DNA of 64,000 nucleotides from Pirellulaceae bacterium (GCA_044337705.1 JBIINB010000002.1:16920-80919); one strand, 5' to 3'. Numbered from the stretch's first letter, positions 37,010 to 46,860 are shown. Notes: a model not told the origin generated them from the letters alone. Translations and numbers: made by a program.

Positions 37010-37684
37010 TCAAGGGGTCAGGAGGAGCAGTTTGCGTGCCTGTTGGCGCAATTGCCTGGCGGCTGTGGCTTGTTCATGAGCCAAAGTCCCTGGGGTTTCG
37101 TGCTGGCTACTTGCCACCGCTTCCGCCTCCAGTAAACGAGCTCCCTTGAGTATCGCTTCGATGGCGATCCAGTGCCTTGCCGATGGAGCGTTGGCGACAA
37201 CAGTCATGGAGCCTGGAATGGCCGGTTCTTCGTCCCCGAGTAGGTTCTGGCCTGGAGTCTGGTAGCGGCTGCGTTCCAAAAGCAGATCGCGAATCGTTGC
37301 CAGCGTCGGGTCGTCGGGGTCGATCGGCTGGGGAGTCAGATCGAGCCCTGGGGGGGCGATCAAGCTCGAGTCGTTGGAGGGCAGCTGCGTGGAAGGCGTG
37401 CCGTTGAGTGGGGCACTGGTTTCAGTAGGATTCGCCAGATCGCTTTCCAGCGATGCGCTTTGGGGTGGCCCCGAGGGTTTGGTACCCGGGGGTGGCTGCA
37501 GGGCAAATAGTTGCGTCGAGAGGTCCGCTTCACGGGCTTTCCAGGCACCCGCCATCGCCGCAAGAAGCACAACCATGAAAGTTGCTCGTCGTTTCCACTG
37601 GCGGTCCCATTGCAGTTGCATCCGATGCACTGGCATATTTCGATTCTCCGTGGTTTCCCCATTTGTCTTCCGCGCCATCGGCAC
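37010..37684 (-). CDS. Hypothetical membrane-anchored protein
   Basis: One TM segment (FMVVLLAAMAGAW), then a Pro/Ser-rich linker and a helical C-terminus. No domain recognised. Confidence 0.35.
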   Translation of the reverse strand: MPMARKTNGETTENRNMPVHRMQLQWDRQWKRRATFMVVLLAAMAGAWKAREADLSTQLFALQPPPGTKPSGPPQSASLESDLANPTETSAPLNGTPSTQLPSNDSSLIAPPGLDLTPQPIDPDDPTLATIRDLLLERSRYQTPGQNLLGDEEPAIPGSMTVVANAPSARHWIAIEAILKGARLLEAEAVASSQHETPGTLAHEQATAARQLRQQARKLLLLTP

Positions 37685-37861
37685 GACAGGTGTAGTATAG
37701 GGTACATCGTATCTTGGCTACCTAGGGATCCAGGTTCCATCCCTGCCCGAATTCCTGGATCCACACGAGATCCGATCGATCTGCGACAATACGGAATCCT
37801 GACTGCGATCGGTTGTTCCGATCAGGTTGTCTTCCTTCCGCCATGCCACGATGGACTGCAT

Positions 37862-38608
37862 ATGCCGCTTGCACACGATGTACTGCTTCAATTGAAGCGA
37901 TGGAATACCCCGACGATCTACAACGGCTGGGAACAGATCACCGGTCGCGATGTGACGCGCGAGGGAATCAATATCGAAGAGACTCGCGACTTCATGCCTC
38001 AGATGGGGCCGATGGTGGGGTACGCCGTGACGCTGCTGGTCGAGCCGTCGCAGAAGCGTCATCAGCTTTCCAGCAATGCCTGGCATGACTACCGATCGTA
38101 CGTTGCCTCGATCCCAGGACCGAAAATTGTCGTCGTCCAGGATCTGGACAAGCCGCAGGTGATCGGTTCGTTCTGGGGGGAAGTCAACAGCAACGCTCAT
38201 CGGACGCTGGGATGCGTCGGCACGATCACCGACGGTGCTATCCGCGACCTGGATGAAATGACCAATGCAGGATTCAAGGCGATCGCCAGACGGCTTTGTG
38301 TGGGCCACGCGCACGTCACCCCGGTACGTTGGAATATTCCCGTGGAAGTCTTTGGCCAGACGATCCAACCTGGGCAGCTGATTCATGCCGACAAACATGG
38401 ATTTCTCGCGATTCCCAAAGAGGATGAAGAGAAGTTGCTGAGTGCATCCCGACTGATGGACCAGTTCGAGTGCCAGACGGTGATTCCTGCCGGTCGCTTC
38501 ACCCAGGGCTTGCCTGCGGAGACAGTGGTCGAACGATTGCGAGAGGCGGGGAAAGAGTTTCAGCGGCTTGCCAAGGAAGCTTTTCAGCGCAAGGGGGAGT
38601 GGTCTTAG
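37862..38608 (+). CDS. RraA-family protein (HMG/CHA aldolase-like)
   Basis: GSFWGEVNSNAHRTLGCVGTITDGAIRDLDEM matches the RraA/aldolase core. The start is set at the ATG at 37862 because the longer ORF is Arg/His-rich junk. Confidence 0.75.
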   Translation: MPLAHDVLLQLKRWNTPTIYNGWEQITGRDVTREGINIEETRDFMPQMGPMVGYAVTLLVEPSQKRHQLSSNAWHDYRSYVASIPGPKIVVVQDLDKPQVIGSFWGEVNSNAHRTLGCVGTITDGAIRDLDEMTNAGFKAIARRLCVGHAHVTPVRWNIPVEVFGQTIQPGQLIHADKHGFLAIPKEDEEKLLSASRLMDQFECQTVIPAGRFTQGLPAETVVERLREAGKEFQRLAKEAFQRKGEWS

Positions 38609-38699
38609 CCCCCAATCGCAGTCCCGCGAGCCGTTTTTTGCGATCGCGGCAACCTGAGTTCTGTCATGTACCGAACATCTCGAAAAGGAGTCCCAGTCC

Positions 38700-39650
38700 A
38701 TGGAGCGAAGAAACTTTCTTGCGATCACGACGGCGGCGCTGTCACCTTCCGGAGTCGCAGCTGCGGCGGAGAAACCGGAACGAATCATCGATACGCATCA
38801 GCATCTTTGGGACCTCCAGCGGATTCGATTGCCGTGGCTGGAGGGAGCCCCCGATACGCTGCGGCATCGTTATGATCTCGAGGAGTATCGGGAGGCGACC
38901 AAGGGACTTCCGATCGAAGCCATCTACATGGAGGTGGATGTGGCGGACGATCAATTGGATCGGGAGGTCGCGTACGTCGTCGCAGCCTCAAAGGATCGCA
39001 ACCCCACCCGCGCTGCGGTCATCGGTGGCCGGCCTGGTACTTCCGCGTTTGTCGACTACTTGGCGCGCCACCGCGCCAACAAGGAGATTCGTGGTGTACG
39101 ACGGGTCCTCCACTCCGACGCCACACCACCGGGTACCTGTCGAACGGATGCATTTCTGGCCGACATGAAGCGTCTGGGGGAGATCGACTGGAGTTTTGAT
39201 TTCTGCATGCGACCCCAGGAGCTCGGAGACGCTCGTCACGTCGCATCGCAATGCCCGAATACCCGATTCATGTTGGATCATTGCGGCAATCCCGATCTGA
39301 CGGCGTGGCAGAAAAACCGAGTGGACCCACCCAAGCATACGGTCGACGCTTGGCGTAAGAGCATCGATGATCTGGCATCGCTCCCCAACGTCCACTGCAA
39401 GATCTCTGGGGTGATCGCGACGCTACCCAAGGGGGCCGGTGCGGAATACTTGGCGCCGGCAATCGATCATTGTCTGGATGCCTTCGGGCCAGACCGTGTG
39501 GTATTCGGTGGCGACTGGCCTGTTTGCCTGCTGGGGGGCACCTTCCAGCAATGGTACGCGATGCTGACGGAAATCGTTGCGGATCGTCCCGCTGAAGACC
39601 GTAGGAAACTCTGGTGGAAGAATGCCGTCGGATTCTATCGACTGGCCTGA
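38700..39650 (+). CDS. Amidohydrolase_2 family hydrolase (lactonase-like) with a TAT signal
   Basis: AAAGGAG lies 9 nt upstream. MERRNFLAITTAALSPSGVAAAAE twin-arginine signal. IIDTHQHLW metal-binding motif. A later HC(G)NPD region and DWP are typical of this family. Confidence 0.75.
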   Translation: MERRNFLAITTAALSPSGVAAAAEKPERIIDTHQHLWDLQRIRLPWLEGAPDTLRHRYDLEEYREATKGLPIEAIYMEVDVADDQLDREVAYVVAASKDRNPTRAAVIGGRPGTSAFVDYLARHRANKEIRGVRRVLHSDATPPGTCRTDAFLADMKRLGEIDWSFDFCMRPQELGDARHVASQCPNTRFMLDHCGNPDLTAWQKNRVDPPKHTVDAWRKSIDDLASLPNVHCKISGVIATLPKGAGAEYLAPAIDHCLDAFGPDRVVFGGDWPVCLLGGTFQQWYAMLTEIVADRPAEDRRKLWWKNAVGFYRLA

Positions 39651-41731
39651 CCGATTTCCCAGACGGTTTCGCCCGACTTCCAGAGGATTTCGCCCTGCGT
39701 CGTTCGGATCGTCCAGTCGGGATGGTCCTTCGGTGCTTCGATCCGAAGGCTGCCATCCTGCCTGGCTTCCAGGTCGATCGTGTTGCCGTGAAAGCGGAGA
39801 TTACGGACCTTCAGGCTTGGCCAACTCTTGGGAAGTCGAGGTTGAAAGATTGCGCCATCGACGCGAGGATCCCAGCCCAGGAATCCGTCGACGAGGATCG
39901 TCGGGACTAGCGCGCTTTCAAGGAATTCCTCATCCAGTCCCAGTCCCCCTGCAGTGCCTCCTCCCTGCAGTGTGCCACGCGTTCCATCCTTGTAGTAGGT
40001 GCGATAGCCACCTGCCGCTTGCACCTCCTCAAACCACTCCAGCGTCTGCTGCATTTTGGCCCAGGCGTCATCGGGGCCATTGGTGCGGATACGAGCCAGC
40101 CAGTCGAAGTAGCTGAATCCAAGCACCGCCCCGCCATCCTGCACCTGGCCTCCCCAGGGAATCGACCCAGGATCGCTCCAAGCCCAACAATACGCCTCCA
40201 CATTCCTCTTCGTCGTGGCTCGCGGTCCAAACCGCCAATGGTAGATGTCCTCCCCTTGCGACGTATCGCCTTCCACGCGACGCCTGCCATCGATCCAGTC
40301 GAAGATCGATCTGGCCTGCTCGGGAGTGGTCAGTCCTCGAGCCACTGCTTCCAGGTTCAGAAAGGTAAAGCCGTAGTCGTATCGCTGGCCCTGCAGGTTC
40401 TCCCATCCGATCAGTCGCCTAGTCTGGTCCGACCAGAAACGCTGCTGAAAAGTTTCCCTGCAGCGTGTCGCAAGGTTCTCCAACGCCATACCACTGCGCG
40501 AGGGCTGCGGTGCGGGAATTCCCCATTGCGGATGCGCTGCGATCTCCTTTTCCAGTCTCGCCATCCGATCGAGGGCCGCCACCATCATCATCGAAGCCAA
40601 CGCATCACGGCCGCCAAAGGGTAGCAGGTCCCAGTAATTGTTCCCGACTCCCAATCCAGGGCGAATCTTTCTGTCCCCTTCGGTCCCCATTAGACCGCTG
40701 CGACCATCGTGTCCCACCCACGGCACCAGGACCAAGCCTTCGCGTTCCACAGAGAATTCTTCGATTGCAAACCGCAGTGCCGTTCGCATCTTATCGATGT
40801 TCTCTCTTAGAAAATCGATACGCCCCGTCCATTCCAGCAGGTCGCTGCAGGCGATGAGGTAGTTGGTGTTGGTGATCGGATGCCGGGTGTCGATCGCAGT
40901 GCACACCGACTTGAGCAGCCACTTGGATCCGACCACAGCCGGCAGTTCGATCTTCCATTGCTCAAGCAGCCCGCCATAGTCGGGGTGCATATAGAGCGGG
41001 ATGTTGTAATAGCGATGAGTTCCGTTCGTCGGCGCAACCTGGAACGCGACGTGCCTCGCGACTTTCCAATCCGCCTCTTCTTTCATGCGCCACTGGATCC
41101 GTCCCTCCGATCCTGCAGGCAATTCCGGATGCGCCATCTCCAGTCGTGCAAAGGGAGCGACGATCGTGCCGCATCCAATCTTGGGTGTGGTGATCACCAC
41201 GTGATCCGTGGTTGCCTTGAGCACTAGGCCATGAATGGGATCGATACCTTCCACTTGGGCACCTTGAATCTCCCAAGAATCCCAGGAGGTTTCTGGTTGT
41301 GAGCGAAAATTCTGGATGGCCCAGATATCGCCATCGAGGCTGAAATGCCATCCCTTCCCGGTGCTCTGTTGCCAAGCGGGAAATGGCCATCCCTCACTGT
41401 GTGCCATGCCGCGATGCTGCTGCATCGAGACATATCCCTGGGAATCGATCCGCCGCGCCAAAAGGCCGGCTTGATAACGGTCGGCTGCAGCGGCCTGGTA
41501 GCCCAATGTCGCTCGTGGCAACCAGGGATCCCAAAGCGTGCAATCGGAGAAAGCACTGGGTTGATGAAGTTGCTGCAGGCGAGGCAACAGTTGCATCCAT
41601 CGCTCGGATCCTGGCACCTCGTAGGTGACCTCCTGAGCCAACAGTGGTTTGGTTGGCCGAGGGGCAAGGGAGATTGCAAGAAGCAAGATGACAAAAACGC
41701 GGCATCCGAATCGAATGGAACTTGCTGGCAT
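39635..41731 (-). CDS. Secreted protein, possibly an (alpha/alpha)6 six-hairpin glycosidase-like fold
   Basis: A signal peptide follows the ATG at 41731. The large C-terminal region with NNYWDLLPFGG, DYGFTFLN, and WGGQVQDGGA reminds me of GH63/GH78/GH15-type barrels. No catalytic residues were assigned. Confidence 0.35.
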   Translation of the reverse strand: MPASSIRFGCRVFVILLLAISLAPRPTKPLLAQEVTYEVPGSERWMQLLPRLQQLHQPSAFSDCTLWDPWLPRATLGYQAAAADRYQAGLLARRIDSQGYVSMQQHRGMAHSEGWPFPAWQQSTGKGWHFSLDGDIWAIQNFRSQPETSWDSWEIQGAQVEGIDPIHGLVLKATTDHVVITTPKIGCGTIVAPFARLEMAHPELPAGSEGRIQWRMKEEADWKVARHVAFQVAPTNGTHRYYNIPLYMHPDYGGLLEQWKIELPAVVGSKWLLKSVCTAIDTRHPITNTNYLIACSDLLEWTGRIDFLRENIDKMRTALRFAIEEFSVEREGLVLVPWVGHDGRSGLMGTEGDRKIRPGLGVGNNYWDLLPFGGRDALASMMMVAALDRMARLEKEIAAHPQWGIPAPQPSRSGMALENLATRCRETFQQRFWSDQTRRLIGWENLQGQRYDYGFTFLNLEAVARGLTTPEQARSIFDWIDGRRRVEGDTSQGEDIYHWRFGPRATTKRNVEAYCWAWSDPGSIPWGGQVQDGGAVLGFSYFDWLARIRTNGPDDAWAKMQQTLEWFEEVQAAGGYRTYYKDGTRGTLQGGGTAGGLGLDEEFLESALVPTILVDGFLGWDPRVDGAIFQPRLPKSWPSLKVRNLRFHGNTIDLEARQDGSLRIEAPKDHPDWTIRTTQGEILWKSGETVWEIGQASR

Positions 41732-41925
41732 CAGAAAGGGGCTCTCTGCAGAACTTTCCGAAGGGCAGGTGGGGCGTCCATCTGGTCCCGACGGCTGGAT
41801 GGAAAGGCATAGGAGCGAAATGGAAGGCGCGGCTGGTTGTCTGCAGGCAAGATGGCTCGAGAGCACTGCGACGTAAGGTCAATCCGCCAGCATGCACGGA
41901 TCAGCTGGTGGAATTTTTCAACCCG

Positions 41926-42591
41926 TCAGGCCGTCAATGGCAGTGGGCTGATGGCGAATTGCTGCCGCAGGGCTGCAACCTTGGCCGGGTCTAGCGAGGC
42001 GGATCCGAGCCACCACTGCAGCCGAGCGCGACGAATCACCCCTTTTTCCATGAATTTCCCGAAGAGCAGCACACTCTGACGATCTCCGGGGCTGGTCTCG
42101 CTCCAACTGGCTTCGGGAGCATCCAAAGGGTGAACCCAGATGTGACTGGTACAGGCTGGAGTCCATGCCTGGTGGTGGATCATCAGTGGCGCTCCAGGAT
42201 CGCCGGCGGGGCCTCGGAGGCCAGCCGACTGCGATCGGAAGCTGATCTGTACTGCAGGATAGCACTCCAGAAGTTGCGTTTGGACACTGACCCAAACCTC
42301 CAGTCCCAGGAGCATTTCTGGAGACTGCAGAGCACGAAAATCGAGTTGCAGGCTGTAGGGCTGCTGCCGATGCTCCGGATAAAAAACTACCACATCGTCG
42401 CCGCGGACGTAGGCATCGGCCAGACGTGGCGGAGGCACATCGCGAAGATCGATCTGAAATAGGCGGCTCTTCGATTCCTCACGCCCATCCATCGACCATT
42501 CCAGGCCTCGCTGAATGTGGCCCAATGGAGCTTTCAACTGCACTCCGTCACGATCCCACAATGCAGTGTCACCATCCAGTTTCCAGACCAT
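41926..42591 (-). CDS. Hypothetical protein
   Basis: Balanced amino-acid composition. The ATG at 42591 is preferred over the TTG at 42618. No domain recognised. Confidence 0.4.
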   Translation of the reverse strand: MVWKLDGDTALWDRDGVQLKAPLGHIQRGLEWSMDGREESKSRLFQIDLRDVPPPRLADAYVRGDDVVVFYPEHRQQPYSLQLDFRALQSPEMLLGLEVWVSVQTQLLECYPAVQISFRSQSAGLRGPAGDPGAPLMIHHQAWTPACTSHIWVHPLDAPEASWSETSPGDRQSVLLFGKFMEKGVIRRARLQWWLGSASLDPAKVAALRQQFAISPLPLTA

Positions 42592-42744
42592 CCCGACTTC
42601 CTTATGCTGTCCAGGCAACGACTGTCATGCTAGGAGTATCACTCGATCGACCGGATCGTTCCGCGTTGTGTCGCTGCCCGTTGACCGATTGTAGCAGCTA
42701 TTCCTGCAATGTTTCGAGTGGCGTAAGGTGGCCGATCCGGCGGA

Positions 42745-44778
42745 CTACAGGGAACCGCTCAGCAGCGTCGACTGATGCTGCCTAGTGCAGGCATCCAGCA
42801 TCCCCTGCATGGCATCGCGCACCTGGTCTCCAGTAAGCGTCTGGGAGGGGTGCTGGAAATCAAGAGAGAAGAACCAGCGTTTGCGATCGTTGCCGTCTTT
42901 CGCGTAGTCGCGGTAGGTTTCGTGGAAGCGGATCCCTTTCAGCCAAGGTCCGGATGAAGCGAGGATTGTTTTCTCCAGTTCGGCCCACGGAAGCGATTCG
43001 GGAACGACCAAGTTGACGTCACGCTGGACGACAGGGAATGGAAGGGTCGGCTGCCATGTAGGCACCGGCTGGAACCTCTCCAGCAATAGGTCCAAATGTA
43101 TCTCGGCTAAAACAAGGGGACGGGATACCTTCATCTTCTGCCGCAGACGATGGCTCAATTGCCCCTGCCACGCCAATTGTTTTCCATCCATTCGGTAGAC
43201 CAGACCGGTAGCCTGTTCGATCGACGGATGATCCCAAGGCTGGATTTCCCAGCGTATCTGACTTCCCATGGCGCGGCCAAATAGTTCTTCGATCAAGCCA
43301 CGGACGATGCGATCCTCCGCATCTCCCAGCAGTCCCAGTGTCCATTGCTCGGCGGGCAGGTCTCCCCGCGACCCATCGACTTGGTAGATCGAGGCGATTT
43401 CATAGAGTCGTACGTGGCCGGCGATGTGATCAGCCTGGCCAACCCAGCACTGAAGCAGGCTGGGGACGATGCTTCGGCGTAGTTGCTGCGCACCCTCCAG
43501 CAGAGGTTGACGGCTGGAGCGACTGGCGGAGTCGGTCCAGGCGCTCATCATTCCATCCAGTTCCTTCGAGACTAAACTGGGAGTCAGCGCTTCATCAAAT
43601 CCGCATCCTGCAAGAAGCGGCCGCAGACGCTCGACCATCAGATCCTTAGGACGTTTGGCGGAGGGAAAGACCGGGACGATCGCATTTTCGGGAATCACTT
43701 CGTATCCATGGATCCGGGCCAGTTCTTCGATCAGATCGATCTCGCGCGTCAAGTCGGATCGCCACGAAGGCACTTGCCACTGCCAGTGGCCATCCGGGGC
43801 TCCCAGACTACGGCATCCCAACGCCGTCAATATCCGCTCGATCTCCTTCTTCGGGATTTCGATCCCGAGAACACGCGCGATCTGTTGCTCGCGAAGCCGT
43901 ATGACAGGGAGGGCTGGGCCGCTGGGGGCGCTATCGAGCATTCCTGCGTCCATTGTCCCACCGGCGAGTTCCTGAATCAACTGGCAACATCGGCGCGAGG
44001 CCCAGTCGAGCCGATGTCGGTCGATTCTGCGTTCGAATCGAAAAGAGGCGGCGGAGTGCAGGCGAAGGCTTCTCGATGCGGTTCGGACGACTTTGGGTGC
44101 GAAGTCGGCTGCTTCAATCAACAGATCGGTAGTCTGCGCAGAAACTTCGGACCCCTCACCACCCATCACCCCGGCAATCGCCACCGGCTGGCTTGCATCT
44201 GCAATCACCAGCATCGAAGGATTCAGAGCGTAGGTTTTGTGGTCGATCGCCACCATCGATTCACCAGTCCTCCCCGGACGGACTACGATCTTTCCACCCC
44301 GGAGTCTTGCCAGATCGAATGCATGCAGCGGTTGGCCGCATTCCAGCATTACGTAATTGGTGATGTCGACGATGTTGTTGACCGTTCCGATACCGCAGGC
44401 GGCAAGCCGCTTCACCAACCAGGAAGGACTGTGGCCGACACGGACGCCGCGAATGATTCGGGCGGTGTACCGCGGGCAGGCTTCCTCCCAGAGGTTCTCC
44501 AGGCTCCACTGCCGTTCGATCGCCGGACCGGTGGCCGTAGGCTGAGGGTCCGCAATACAGACTTCACGGTTGTAAAGGACCGCAATCTCCCTCGCCACTC
44601 CCAAGTGGCTCAGGCAATCCCCTCGATTGCTTGTCACTTCCAGATCCAAGACGGGGTCGCCATCGTGAAACGTCGTCGACTCGTGGTTGAGTCCGCTTAG
44701 GGCCAGCCGATCGGCCAGTTCCTCATGCGGCATATCCAGAAGCACATACTGCGACAACCAATCCCATGAGACGAGCAT
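42745..44778 (-). CDS. pheT: Phenylalanine--tRNA ligase beta subunit (short form)
   Basis: B1 (WLSQYV...L..GLN), LEVTSNRGDCLSHLGVAREIA, B3/4, B5, and the C-terminal FDX-ACB-like domain. It lies directly after pheS. The 677-aa length reflects the absence of the OB-fold insert. Confidence 0.9.
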   Translation of the reverse strand: MLVSWDWLSQYVLLDMPHEELADRLALSGLNHESTTFHDGDPVLDLEVTSNRGDCLSHLGVAREIAVLYNREVCIADPQPTATGPAIERQWSLENLWEEACPRYTARIIRGVRVGHSPSWLVKRLAACGIGTVNNIVDITNYVMLECGQPLHAFDLARLRGGKIVVRPGRTGESMVAIDHKTYALNPSMLVIADASQPVAIAGVMGGEGSEVSAQTTDLLIEAADFAPKVVRTASRSLRLHSAASFRFERRIDRHRLDWASRRCCQLIQELAGGTMDAGMLDSAPSGPALPVIRLREQQIARVLGIEIPKKEIERILTALGCRSLGAPDGHWQWQVPSWRSDLTREIDLIEELARIHGYEVIPENAIVPVFPSAKRPKDLMVERLRPLLAGCGFDEALTPSLVSKELDGMMSAWTDSASRSSRQPLLEGAQQLRRSIVPSLLQCWVGQADHIAGHVRLYEIASIYQVDGSRGDLPAEQWTLGLLGDAEDRIVRGLIEELFGRAMGSQIRWEIQPWDHPSIEQATGLVYRMDGKQLAWQGQLSHRLRQKMKVSRPLVLAEIHLDLLLERFQPVPTWQPTLPFPVVQRDVNLVVPESLPWAELEKTILASSGPWLKGIRFHETYRDYAKDGNDRKRWFFSLDFQHPSQTLTGDQVRDAMQGMLDACTRQHQSTLLSGSL

Positions 44779-44786
44779 GGCAGTCC

Positions 44787-45812
44787 CTAGAACTGACGAA
44801 GAAATCGGACGTCATTTCGATAGAGGTCGCGGATATCGGTGATCCCGAATCGCCGCATACAAAGGCGTTCCACCCCCAGGCCGAAAGCGAAACCACTGTA
44901 TCGGTCGGGATCGATCCCGACGCTGGTCAGCACATTGGGGTCGACCATCCCGGCACCGCCAAACTCCATCCACTGACCGTTCCAGAAGAAATCGACTTCA
45001 ACACTCGGTTCGGTGAACGGAAAGAACGAGGGACGAAAGCGGATCTGGACATCGCCACCCAGATAGCTGGTCGCAAACATCCGCAGGACACTTTTCAGCT
45101 GGGCCATGGTGACATGCTGGTCGACCCAAAGGCCTTCCATTTGATGAAACATCGGGTAATGCGTGGCATCGGCTTCATCCGGTCGATAGACCCTGCCTAG
45201 CGAGATGATGCGAATCGGAGGCTTGGTCGTCTCCATGACCCGAATCTGCACCGTGCTGGTCTGACTGCGAAGGAGAGCAGGAGCCTCATCGCTTTTCTTC
45301 TTGTCGATCGGCTGAAGATAGAAGTTGTCGGCAGGATCGCGAGCCACATGATCGTCTGGGATGTTCAACGCCACGAAGTTATGCCAGACATCCTCCACTT
45401 CCGGCCCCTCGGTGACCGTAAATCCAAGCCGCCCCATGATCTCCTTGAGCAGTTCGATCGTTTGGGTGATTGGATGGAGATGCCCCAACTGGGGTGGCAA
45501 CCCGGGAAGGGTGCAGTCAGGAAGCGGGCCTGTCGGCTTGGCTGCCGAGAGGCCGCCCAACCGGCTGGAGGTTTCTTCCAGCAATTTTTCGACCGCTTCC
45601 CGCACCTCGTTGAATCGCTTGCCAGCAGCCGGTTTGTCGGCACCCTGCACCGTCCCCAACTGCTTCTGGGCCGACTTCAGAAGACCGTTCTTGGCCCCCA
45701 GAAACTCGACGCGCAGACGCTCCAGGGTGTTGGCATCGGCGACACCCGCGAACTGCTCCCTGGCCTGACGCTCCAGGGAGTCCAAGGTTTCAAGAAAAAC
45801 TTGAAGACTCAT
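44787..45812 (-). CDS. pheS: Phenylalanine--tRNA ligase alpha subunit
   Basis: Class II motifs: GRVYR.DE.DATH.PMFHQMEG, FRPSFFPFTEPS, and GAGMVDPNV...GFAFGLGVERL. The start is set at the ATG at 45812. Confidence 0.93.
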   Translation of the reverse strand: MSLQVFLETLDSLERQAREQFAGVADANTLERLRVEFLGAKNGLLKSAQKQLGTVQGADKPAAGKRFNEVREAVEKLLEETSSRLGGLSAAKPTGPLPDCTLPGLPPQLGHLHPITQTIELLKEIMGRLGFTVTEGPEVEDVWHNFVALNIPDDHVARDPADNFYLQPIDKKKSDEAPALLRSQTSTVQIRVMETTKPPIRIISLGRVYRPDEADATHYPMFHQMEGLWVDQHVTMAQLKSVLRMFATSYLGGDVQIRFRPSFFPFTEPSVEVDFFWNGQWMEFGGAGMVDPNVLTSVGIDPDRYSGFAFGLGVERLCMRRFGITDIRDLYRNDVRFLRQF

Positions 45813-45822
45813 GGCGCCCCTT

Positions 45823-46182
45823 TCAGGCCGCCACCAGGTGCTTCTTGACCGATTCGACGATCTGCTGGAATGCTGCAGGATCCGCAATCGCCATTTCGGA
45901 TAGCTGCTTGCGATCCAGTTCGATCTTGGCCAGTTGCAAGCCGTGGATGAATTCGCTGTAGCGGAGGTCGTACTGACGCACCGCAGCGCTTAAACGAATG
46001 ATCCAAAGGCGTCGGAAATCGCGGCGTCGGCGACGACGGTCACGGTAGGCAAAGACACCTGCCCGCACCAAGTTTTCCTTCGCGGTGCGATAGAGACGCC
46101 TACGTCCACCGACGTACCCTTTGGCTCTCTTGAATAAACGGTTTTTGGCACGTCGTCGCGCATGACCTTTGGTGGTACGCAT
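45823..46182 (-). CDS. rplT: 50S ribosomal protein L20
   Basis: [36 protein letters not shown]..., 119 aa. Confidence 0.95.
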   Translation of the reverse strand: MRTTKGHARRRAKNRLFKRAKGYVGGRRRLYRTAKENLVRAGVFAYRDRRRRRRDFRRLWIIRLSAAVRQYDLRYSEFIHGLQLAKIELDRKQLSEMAIADPAAFQQIVESVKKHLVAA

Positions 46183-46478
46183 CGGTCTGATTTTCCCTTT
46201 TCATGAAACCTTCAGGTCACCGCCATCGCTCGTTTCAATCCAATCCCCACGGGATGGATCGCGTTGAGGGGGGGAGTGCATCCCGACCTGACGGCTCAAG
46301 GCCGGCAGGCCATTCACCCTTGTTACCAAGGATGCTGGCAGTTGTTGAACCCAAGGATCTGGTCTGGCACTCCAGTCCTGTCGATGGACTTCTCGTCCAT
46401 CTCGCCATCCTGAAATCAGGTTAGCTAATTTCTACGAAGTCATTTCCCGGGGAGCTATCCATGGCTTCCCAGAGCGTC

Positions 46479-46682
46479 CTAGTAGCTGTTGCCGCGAAGC
46501 GCCGCCTGAATCACCCGCTCCATGTTCGTTTCCACCGTTTTGGTGCCACGAAGCTGACGAATTCGCTTGGGTGTCTTTCGGACCGCCAGGTGGCTGGTAC
46601 CTGCCTTGCGATGCTTGGCCTTCCCGGTCGCAGTCAGTCGAAATCGCTTCTTGGTCGCCTTGTGCGTCTTTTGCTTGGTCAT
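46479..46682 (-). CDS. rpmI: 50S ribosomal protein L35
   Basis: MTKQKTHKATKKRFRLTATGKAKHRKAGTSHL..., 67 aa, basic. Confidence 0.9.
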   Translation of the reverse strand: MTKQKTHKATKKRFRLTATGKAKHRKAGTSHLAVRKTPKRIRQLRGTKTVETNMERVIQAALRGNSY

Positions 46683-46860
46683 CGTCCGCTCGAAAGTAAA
46701 TTCAGGGGATCCAACCGATCCGGATCAAACATCGTCCATCAGTGTCCGGTCGGGACGAGGATGAATTTCGTCCGCCAGCCATCGAATCCAGCAATATAAA
46801 AGAGAAACCTTCCACTTCCAAGCCCAAATCGGTCTCGGTTGACCCCCACTTGCGGGTGTT

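Noticed and set aside
37718-38788. 356-aa minus-strand ORF.
   Set aside because: It is antisense to the RraA-family gene and to the start of the amidohydrolase gene. It has no motifs and is Arg/Ser-rich.
43708-44700. 330-aa plus-strand ORF.
   Set aside because: It is antisense to pheT, whose identity is unambiguous.
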